DNA of 64,000 nucleotides from the human T2T-CHM13v2.0 reference genome, Homo sapiens: NCBI GenBank assembly GCA_009914755.4, contig CP086569.2, positions 3,744,001 to 3,808,000 of the forward strand, read 5' to 3'. Shown piece by piece: positions 54,253 to 64,000 of this stretch (position 1 is its first letter; each line of letters starts with the position of its first letter). The notes under the pieces were generated by a model. It saw only the letters and a program-made list of their open reading frames with translations, ran no database searches and was not told where the DNA came from. The position numbers and the translations under genes were made by a program.

Positions 54253-56435
54253 AGAGGCATACCTCCGAGATAGTGCAGGTTGGTTTCCAGATGACCACAA
54301 TGAAGTGAATATCACAATAAACGGAGTCGCACATTTTTTTGTTTCCCAGTGCACACAAATGTTTTGTTTACGCTATGCTGTAATCTATTAAGTCTGCCAC
54401 AGAATTGTGTAAATAAACAACGTACATACCTTAATTTAAAAATACATTATTGCTAAAATATGCTAATGATAATTTGAGCCTTCAGCAAATCATAATCCTT
54501 TTGTTGGTGAAGAGTCTTGCTGTGATGTTGATGGCTGCTGAGTAATCAGGATATTGGTCCCTGAAGATTGGGAAGGCTGTGGCAATTTCTTAAAATAAGG
54601 CAACAATGAAGTTTGCAGCATTGATTAACTCTTTCTTTCATGGGTGATTTCTCTGTAGTAGGTGATGTCTTTTTATCTGCAATAGAGTTTCTTTTACAAT
54701 TGAAGTCAATCCTCTCAAACCCTGCCATTGCTTTACCAACTAAGCCTACGTAATATTACAAATCCTTTATTGTTATTTCAGCTTTGTTGATTGCATCTTC
54801 ATAAGGAATAGACTCCCTTTCAAGAAACCACTTTCTTTGCTCATCCATAGGAAACAAATACTCATTCACTCACGTATTTCGCAAGATTTCTGTAACTTAG
54901 TTATAGCTTCAGGCTCCATTATTGTAGTTATCTTAGTATTTCCACCACATCTGCAGTTACTTTTCTCACTGAAGGCCTGAATACATCAAAGTCAGCCATG
55001 AGGGATGGAATCAACTTTTTTCCAAATTCTTGTCAGTGTTCATATTTCAGCTTTCTCTGATGAATCACAAATGTTCTAGCATCTAGAATGATGAATCCTT
55101 TCTAGGAAATTTTCAATTTCCTTTGCCCAGATCTGTCAGAGGAATCGCTGTCTATGGCAGCTATAGCCTTACAAAATGTACATCTGAAATATAAAATTTG
55201 AATGTCAAAATTATACCTTGATCCATGGGCTGCAGGATGGATGTTGTATTAGTAGGCATGAAAACATGTTTAATCTACTGTATATTTCCATCAGAGCCCT
55301 TGGGTAACCAGATGCATTTCAATGAGCAGTAATATTCTGAAAGGAATCTTTTTTTTTTAGCAGTAGGTACAAACAGTGGGCTTAAATTATTCAAGAAACC
55401 ATGTTGTACACAGTTGGGTTGTCATCTGGACCTTGTTGTCCCATTTACAGAGCACAGGCAGAGTCAATTTAGCATAATTCTTAAGGGTGCTAGGATTTTC
55501 ATAACAGCTGGTTGTATTGCTGCATATTGCTAATATTCAATTTACGCTCATTAAGCTCACCTTAACCTCAGTGAGGTTTCAACAGAAAGTCATCAGCTGC
55601 ATCAGTCCTTAATAGGAGAGATAGCCTGTCCTTTGAAGTTTTGAAGCCAGTCATTCACTTCTCCTCTCTAGCTATGAAAGACCTAGAGGATATCTTATTC
55701 GAATAGACAGTGTTTTGTGTCTGTTGAAAAATCTGGCTTTGTTTTGTTAGGGCCTTATCTGTATCTTTCTTCATATCAGCAAAAAAGCTGTTTCCCTTTT
55801 CTATCATTTATGTGTTCACTAGAATAGCACTTTTAATTTTCTTCAATGGCTTTTCTTTTGCATTCGCAACTTGGCTGTTTGGTAAAAGAGGCCTAGATTT
55901 CAGCCTGTCTTGGCTTTGGACATGCCTTCCTCACTAAGCTTAAATATTTCTGGCTTTTTATTTAAAGTAAGAGATTTGTGAATCTTCTTTTAAACTTTAA
56001 TACTTAGAGGCCATTGTAGGATTATTAGTTGACCTAATTTCAATATTTTTGTGTATCAGGAAACAGGGATGCCTGAGAAGAAGGAGAGAGATGAGGGAAA
56101 TTTCAGTCAACGAAGCAGTCAGAACACCTATATTTATCAATTAAGTTTGCCATTTTATATGGGTGTGGTTCATGGTACCTCCAAATAATTTAATTAGTAA
56201 CATCAAAGATCACTAATCACAGATCACCATAATATATATAGTGATAATGCAAATGTTTGACATATTATCAGAATCACCAAAATGTGACCCAGAGACAGAA
56301 AGTGAGTACAGGCTATTGGAAAAATAATGCCAATAGATTTGTTGAATGCATGGTTGCCACAAACCTTCTATTTGCAAAAAACACGAGATCCATGAAGAGT
56401 AATAAAGTAAAGTGTAATAAGACAAGATATGCCTG
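54253..56435 (-). mobile_element. Tigger1 DNA transposon (pogo/Tc1-mariner superfamily). About 2.2 kb of the 2.4 kb consensus; both terminal inverted-repeat ends are present and it is flanked by TA.
   Basis: Left end gaggcatacctccgagatagtgcaggttggtttccagatgaccacaatgaagtgaatatcacaataaa.ggagtcgcac...ttcccagtgcacacaaatg. Right end ...aataaagtaaagtgtaataagacaagatatgcctg followed by ta. Interior blocks match Tigger1 as I recall it (ctgtggcaatttcttaaaataaggcaacaatgaagtttgc.gcattgattaactctt.ctttcatgg, ccaaattcttgtcagtgttcatatttcag, ggccattgtaggattattagttgacctaatttcaatat). Confidence 0.85.
54400..56018 (-). pseudogene. Tigger1 transposase (pogo/CENP-B-like) remnant, disrupted; no ORF longer than 60 aa
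   Basis: Location within the Tigger1 copy. The ATG-containing cctacaatggcc (reverse complement) lies at about 56010-56021; the ORF track shows only short minus-strand ORFs. Confidence 0.6.
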
Positions 56436-57830
56436 TATATGTATGGTGCAATCACTATATGTTATTGCTACTGTTTTTGCTCATTATATTACTGCATGTT
56501 GCTAATATTTTCAATATCAGCAAAGATATTGTGTCATTGATTTTTCTCATACTTTTTCTATCTTTCAAACATTATAATATATAGTAATATATAGTAGAGT
56601 AGATCATTAGTATGAGCTAGTTATATATATACATATATACATACAGACATATATAAGACTGCTTGCTAACTTTTAAAATAATGTAATATTATGAAGTTTG
56701 ATGAATATTACCTTAAAGGCCAATAATTTATCTAATCAGGATATTCCTACACAAGGTTATTTAAATCTCATACACTAATTAATTTGGAAAGATATAAAAT
56801 TGATCTTTTATTAAATTGTATTTTAATGAATGCGAACTGTGATGTTGGAACACATCCTCAAATTATCTTAAAAGCTGCACAAACTTCCAGTTTCTGGTGT
56901 TGCATATAAGCATCTCAGAAGTTACCACTCCATCTGAAAATAAAAAGCTGAACAGACTGGAAGATCAGCAATTAAGAACATAGTTGAACTTAACAGTACC
57001 ATCAATCAAGCAAATATAATTAATATTTATAGTGTACTTCATCCAATAGCAGCAAAATACACATTCTTCTCAAGCTCACATATAAAAGTCACCAGCAGAG
57101 GTGATATTTTAGACTATAAAATATGCCTTAATGAATTGAAAGTAATAGAAATTATACAAAGTATGCTCTCAGGCAACAATAGAACTAAACTAGATATTAA
57201 TTGTAGAGAGATAACTGGAAAATTCCAAAATCTCTAGAGATTAAACAAGACAATAATATATGGGCCACAGAATAAATCTCAAGATAATTTAAAATATTTT
57301 GTACTAAATGAAAATAAATATACAACTTTTGAGAACTGTGGAATGTAGCAAAAGTGTTTTTGCATTGGAAAATTTTAGCATTTAATGCATATATTAGAAA
57401 AGAAGAAAGATCTAAAATGAACTTTCTAAGTTTACAACTTAGGAAACTAGAAAAATATGAGCAAATTAAATTCAAAGTAAGATGAAAAGAAAATTAGAAT
57501 TAGAGCAGAAATATAATTAAAAACAGAAAATCAATAGAGAAAATCAATACAACTAACAGGTGGTTCTTTGAAAAAGTTAACATAATTGATAAATCTTAAC
57601 TTAGTCTAACTAAAATAAAGGACACAAATTATTACTATAAGAACTAAAAGAGGGAACATCATTCCAATCCTATATACTAAAAGTATAATAACTCTATGCC
57701 TACACACAACCTAGAAGAAAGAGATAAATTCCTTGAAAGATAATGTGCCTAAACTCATACAAGAAAAAATAGAAAATCTGAAACAAACAACTCAATTTAA
57801 AAATGTGTTTTTATCTATTAAAAAAATTGA

Positions 57831-58161
<331 letters not shown>

Positions 58162-59202
58162 TCAATAATTACTGACTTACCAAAACAGAAAGCAGCAGGC
58201 CAGATGAATTCACTGTTGAATTTTACCGAACATCTAAGGAAGAAATTGTAACAATTCTCTAGAGTTGATTTCAGAAAAAGGAAGAGAGTTAATACCTCCT
58301 AACTGAGTCTATCAGGTCAGCGTTGTCTGACAAAGACCGGACTAAGAGATAACATGAAACAAAAACTGCAGACCAGTATCTTTTACAAATCAAACCCAAC
58401 AATGTATATAAAGAATTATATGACATAAAAAAGTATGATTTATCCCAGGTATGCAAAGTTGGTTCAACATTTTAAAATCAATTAATAAAATACTTTACAT
58501 CCACAAGATAATTTTTAAGGTAAAAAATATTTAAAATTGCTTAAAAATTTACATGAATATAACTATAGATGCAGAAAAAAATATTTGACAAAACTGTAAA
58601 GACTACTTTTGCTTCATAAATGCTGAAAGCTCTCAGTGAAGAAAGAATAGTCGGGAACTTCCCACAATCCTTTAAAGAATATATACAAAAATATCTCTAT
58701 AGCTAGCATTATACTTAATGATGAGAAACTCAAAACTTTTTCAGTAAGATCAGAAACAAGGAAAGGATGTCCTCTCTCACTACTCCTTTTCAGCATTACA
58801 TTGGAAGTATTAGTGAATGTAGTAAGACAAGAATATAAAATAAAATATTTATAAATTTAGAAGGAAGTCCTTGTTCCCAGATTACATGAACATCTATGTA
58901 GAAAACCTGAAAAGTTTAACAAAAAATAAACAATTATAGTAAACAATATAACTAATAAACAACTATAGTAATGTTCCAAGATGTAAGGTTAATATACAAA
59001 AGTCAATCACTTTTGTATTTACCATTAATGAACAAATAGAATTTACAATGAAACACACAGTGCCATTGACATTAGTATACAAAAAAACTAAAATATTTAG
59101 GTAGAAATCTAATAAAATATAGATAAAATTTATATGATGAAAACTATAAAACTCTTTTGAATGGAATTAAAGAAGAGCTAAGTAAATAGAGAGGTAGTCT
59201 GT

Positions 59203-59597
59203 GATATGGTTCGGCTCTGTATCCCCACATAAATCTCAACTAAAATTGTAATCTCCAGGCATCAAGGGAGGGACCTGGTGGCAGGTGATTTGATCATAAG
59301 GGTGGTTTTCACCATGCTGTTCTTATGATAGTGGGTAAGTTCTCATGAAATCTGATGGCTTTATGTGTTTGATAGTTTCTCCTACATACAAACACACACA
59401 CACACACACACACACTCTCTCTCTCTCTCTCTCACCTGCCACCTTGTAAGATGTGACTGCTTCCTTTTCTACCATGATTGTAAATTTCCTGAGGCCTCCC
59501 AAGCTATGCAGAACTATGAGTAAATTAAACCTCCTTTCTTTCTAAATTACCCAGTATTGGCTAGTTCTTTAGAGCAGTGTGAGAATGAACAAATACT
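59203..59597 (+). mobile_element. MaLR LTR (THE1/MST-like) nested in the L1M, with a 5-bp target-site duplication GTCTG (59198-59202 and 59598-59602) and an internal (CA)n(CT)n run at 59391-59442
   Basis: tgatatggttcggctctgtatccccacataaatctcaactaaaattgtaatctccaggcatcaagggagggacctggtggcaggtgatttgatcataagggtgg...cacctgccaccttgtaagatgtgactgcttccttttctaccatgattgtaaatttcctgaggcctcccaagctatgcagaactatgagtaaattaaacctcctttctttctaaattacccagtattggctagttctttagagcagtgtgagaatgaacaaatac matches THE1/MST. Confidence 0.9.
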
Positions 59598-61470
59598 GTC
59601 TGAGATCATGGATAGAAAGACTCAATATTGTCAACATGTCAGTTCTTCTCAATTTTATCTAGAAATTAAATGCAATACCAATAAAAATCTCAGCAGCTGT
59701 TTTTGTGAATATTAACAAAATGTTTGCAAAGTTCATATGAAGAGGCAAAAGATCTAGAATAGCCAACACAATATTGAAGAAAAATAATAAAGTTGGAGGA
59801 CTGACACTACCTGACTTAAAGATATACTATACAGCTACCATAAAAAAGGAAGTATGGTATTGACAAAATAATAGACAAAAAGATTTACAGAAAAGAATAG
59901 AAAGCCCAGAAGTATATCTACATAATATTTAGTCAACCCATCTTTGGCAAAGTGGCCAAGACAATACAACAGGGCAAAAATAGTCTTTTCAATAAATAAG
60001 TAATGCTGAATTACCTGGACATTGGACATTCTTATGCAAAAGAAAAATATATAATCTAGACATTGACCTGACACCTTTAAAAAATTACATTAAAATGGAT
60101 TACAGACCTAAATATAAAATGCAAAACTATTAGAATTTTAGAAGATAACATGGGAGAAAACTTACTTGACCTTGGGTATGCTGATAGCTTATTACATACA
60201 ACACAAGAGGCATGATTGAGGAAATAAATAATTAAAGGGAAGATTTTTTTCAAATCAAAAAACTCCTTTGCAAAAGACAATGTTAAGAAAATGAGAAAAC
60301 AAGCCTCAGACAGAGAAAAATATTTGCAAAAGACACATCTGATAAAGAAACGTTATCTAATGTATACAAACAACCCTTGAAATTCAACAATAAGAAAACA
60401 ACCCAATTAAAAAGTAAGACAAAGATCTGAACACATACCACAACAAAGAAAATATACAGATGGTCAATAATCGTATGAAAGATGCTCTACTATGTCATAA
60501 ATGAAGTACAAATTAAAACAATGAAATAACACCACATATACATTAGAATGGCCATTATTTGGAACACTAACACCACCAAATGCTGGTAAGAATGTAGAGC
60601 AACAGGAACTCTTATTGCTGATGGAAATGTAAAATGACATATAGTCACTTTGCGGAAGAGTTTTCTCTTTTGTTTTTTGTTATTTTGTTTTACAAAACTA
60701 AATACACTCTTACTATATAATCCAGCAATTGGGATCCTTGTTGTTTACCCAAAGGAGTTAAAATCTCATGTTCACACAATAACATGCACACAGATGTTTA
60801 GAGCAGCTTTATTTATAATTTCCAAAATTTGGAAACAATGAAGGCATCACTCAGTAGGTAAATTAATAGATAAACTTTGGTATATCCAGATAAGAAAACA
60901 TTACTAAACACTCAAAAAAAAAAAAAAAACTCAAGCTGTAAAAAACATGAAGGCATCATCATTGTATATTAGAAAGTACAAAAGCCAATCTGAAAAGGCT
61001 TCATACTGTAAGATTCTGACTATGATATTCTAGAAAAGCTATGGAGACAGTAAAAATATTAGTGGTTTACAGTAATTTAGGGGACGGAGAAATCAATAGG
61101 TAAACCACCAAGGAGTTTTAGAGCAGTGAACATATTCTATGTGATACTATAATCATGAATACATTAATTTAAAAACATTATACATTCTTAAATCTATAAA
61201 AGATATACCAAATGTGAGCCCTACTGTAAACTATTGACTTGGGGTGACTATAATGTGCCAATGGAGGTTCATCAATTATAGCAAATGTATCAGTTTATTG
61301 AGGAATGTTGGTAACCACAGAGGCTATACATGCCTAGGGGTAGATAAAAACTTTGTATCTTTCAGTTTTGGTGTGAAACTAAAACTGCAATTTCAAAAAA
61401 ACATAAATTAAAAAAGGTCTTTAAAAATAGAACTACCTCCAGAAAATTTTACTTCTGTTTGATGAAATAT

Positions 61471-64000
61471 AAGAAGCAGAAATAAAGCAACTGGAACTAA
61501 CAACAACAGCAGAACTACAACCAAGAACCCTCACAGAGTCCACTTTACTTGCCTGCTACCTCCACTGGAACAGGTAGTGGTATCCGTGGCTGAGAGATCT
61601 GAAGATGGATCATATCCCAGGGCTCTTTGCAGGCTTTCAGAGAGCCCCATCTCTAGGGGAAGGAGGAGAGCACCTCACTGAGGGAACATCTCATGGGACA
61701 AAAGAATCTGAACAACAGCCCTTGAGCCACAGATCTTCCCTTTGGCATAGTCTATCCAAATGAGAAGAAACCAGAAAATCAGATTTGGTAATATGACAAA
61801 ACAAGGTTGCTTACCATCCCCAAAAGATAACACTAGCTCATGAGCAATGAATGCAAACCAAAATAAATAAATAAATAAATAAAGAATCTCTGAATTGCCA
61901 GAAAAAAAACATAGAAGGTCAATTATTAAGCTACTCAAGGAGGCACCAGAGAAAGGTGAATACCAACCTGAATAAATCAGAGAAAACCACAGGATATGGA
62001 CAGAAAAATATCCAGAAAACTAGATAAGATAAATAAAAAACAATCACAACTTCTGGAAATGAGGAAAACACATACAGAAATGCAAAATACAGAAAGTCTC
62101 AGCAATCGAATCAAACAAGTAGAAGAAATAACTTCAAAGCTCAAACAAAAGGCTTTTGAAATAACTCAACCCAACAAAGACAAATAAAAATAATATAAAA
62201 AAATAAGCAGAGACTCCAAGAATATTCGGATTATATTAAATGACAAAACCTAAGAATGATTACTATTCCTGAGGAAGAAGAGAAATCTAAAAGTTTGGAA
62301 AATATATTAGGGTAATGGCAAAAACTGGAATTACTTTTGCACCAAACTTTATATTTGAAGAAATAATCAAGGAAAACTTTTCTGGCCTTGCTAGCGGCTT
62401 AGACAGCCAAAAACAAAATGATCAAAAAACATCTAGAAAATTCATTGCAAAAAGAACATCACCTAGGGACATAGGCTTCAGGTTATCTAAAGTTAAAATA
62501 AAGAAAGGAATCTTAAGAGTTTTGAGGCAAAACTGTCAGGTAACCTATAAAGGAAAACCTTTATAAGATTAACAACAGATTTTTTTAGTAGAAACCCTAC
62601 AAGCTATAAGGGACAGGATCCTATCTTTAGCCTCCTTAAATAAAAACAATTATCAGCCAAGAATTTTGTGTGCAGCAAAACTAAGCTTCATAAATGAAAA
62701 AATATAGACAGCCTTTTTCAGACAAATACTGAGATAATTCACCATGACCAAGCCAGCACTACAAGAACTAATAAAATCAGCTCTAAGTCATAAAACAAAT
62801 CCACGAAATACACTGAAATAGAACCTTAAAGCACAAATCTCATCGGACCTATAAAACAATAACACAAAGAAGAAAATCATTTATGCGACAACAAGCATGA
62901 TGAATAGAATAGTGCCTCACATCTAAATACTAATGTTGAATATAAATGGTCTAAATGCTCCACTTAAAAGATACAGAATGGCAGAATGGATAAAAATTCA
63001 CCAAACAAGTATCTTCTGTCTTCAACAGAAACACCTAAAACATGAGGACCCACATTAACTTAAGGTAAAGGGGTGGAAAAAGATATTCCATGCAAATTGA
63101 CACCAAAAGTGAGCATGAGTAGCTATTTTTATGTCAGAAAAAACAGACTTTAAAGCAACAGCTAAAAAAGACAAAGAGGGACACTACATAATGATTAAAA
63201 ATAACCAGTCCAACAGGAAAACATCACAATTTTAAATATATATGAACCTGACAATGGAGCTCCCAAATTTATAAAGCAATTATGACTAGACTTAAGAAAT
63301 GAGGTAGACAGTAACACAATAATAGTGGGGGACTTCAATACTCCACTGACAGCACTAGGCAGGTCATCAAGTCAGAAAGTCAACAAAGATACAATGGACT
63401 CAAACTATACCCTAGAACAAATGGACTTAATAGATATTTACAGAACATTCTACCCAACAACTGCAGAATATATATTCTATTAATCAGCACATGGAACATT
63501 CTCCAAGATAGAGCATATGATAGACCACAAAATAAGTCTCAATAAATTAAAGAAAATAGAAATTATATCAAGCACTCTCTCAGCCCACAGTGGGATAACA
63601 TTGGAAATCAACACCTAAAGGAAACCTTGAAATCTTGCAAATACATAGAAATTAAATAACCTTCCCATGAATGATTATTGAGTCAGCAATAAAATTAAGA
63701 TGACAATTAAAAATTTATTTAAACTGAATGGTAATAGTAACACAACCTATCAAAACCTCTGGTATACAGCAAAAGTGGTGCTAAGAGGAAAGTTCATAAC
63801 ATTGAATGCCTATGTCAAAAAGTCTGAAAATGCACAATAGAGATTCTAAGGTTACACATCAAGGAACTAGAGAAACAAGAAAAAACCAAACCCAACAGAA
63901 GAAAAAAAAAACAACAAAGATAAGAGAAGAACTAAATGAAATTGAAACAACACCAAAAAACACAATACAAAGGAAAAATAAAATGAAAAGCTGGTTCATT
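61471..64000 (+). mobile_element. L1 (L1PA/L1PB-like), 5'-truncated within the 5'UTR, inserted at the 3' end of the old L1M. ORF1 remnant is about 61990-62900, ORF2 starts about 62905, and the element continues beyond the window end.
   Basis: Collinear with 21.6-23.9 kb of the first L1: ccctcacagagtccactttacttgcctgctacctccactggaacaggtagtggtatccgtggctgagagatctgaagatgg; ORF1-like ..KQSQLLEMRKTHTEMQNTESLSNRIKQVEEITSKLKQKAFE..; ORF2 start atgatgaatagaatagtgcctcacatctaaatactaatgttgaatataaatggtctaaatgctccacttaaaagatacagaatggcagaatggataa. There is an (AAAT)n run at 61857-61881. Confidence 0.9.

Noticed and set aside
56560-56640. AT-rich low-complexity stretch (tatagtaatatatagtagagtag...atatatacatatatacatacagacatatata) as a possible regulatory or satellite element
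   Set aside because: Ordinary degenerate (TA)n/(TATG)n simple sequence adjacent to a transposon end; no higher-order periodicity.

Overview
This window is not prokaryotic. It is primate, almost certainly human or another hominoid, genomic DNA, and more than half of it is interspersed repeats. The species call rests on several recognisable families: Alu elements (primate-specific SINEs), an LTR12/HERV9 solo LTR (catarrhine-specific), L1PA/L1PB/L1M LINE-1 copies, MaLR LTRs, a Tigger1 DNA transposon and MIR fragments. I did not recognise any cellular protein-coding exon, rRNA/tRNA gene, CRISPR array or CpG island. Exons or lncRNA exons in the unique AT-rich stretches cannot be excluded from sequence alone.

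The six-frame ORF track is explained almost entirely by transposon remnants or by low-complexity sequence. Examples are L1 ORF2 remnants (e.g. 11077..11604 minus and 10365..10571 minus), ERVL-like integrase remnants, and GC-rich low-complexity reading frames inside LTR12.

The window is organised as follows:
- (i) 1-3.6 kb: an ERVL-like integrase remnant on the minus strand, split by a nested MaLR LTR.
- (ii) Scattered truncated L1 3' ends at about 3.9-5.3 kb, 10.1-11.8 kb (minus), 44.8-45.8 kb and 48.6-49.7 kb.
- (iii) 18.6-33.0 kb: an L1 cluster. A full-length but dead older L1 with a 3.5 kb 5'UTR carries two Alu insertions and is followed in tandem by a second 5'-truncated L1.
- (iv) 34.4-35.8 kb: an LTR12 solo LTR bounded by an unusual 19-bp direct repeat.
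- (v) 36.0-43.6 kb: a candidate ancient provirus with a matched LTR pair, a polypurine tract and a 6.6 kb degraded interior.
- (vi) 54.3-56.4 kb: a near-complete Tigger1 element.
- (vii) 56.9-64.0 kb: an old L1M carrying nested Alu and MaLR LTR insertions, with a younger L1 inserted at its 3' end and running off the window.

There is no evidence for a novel gene system. The observations with functional potential are the LTR12 promoter architecture pointing into the downstream old provirus, the atypical boundaries of that LTR12, and two young CpG-rich AluY copies.
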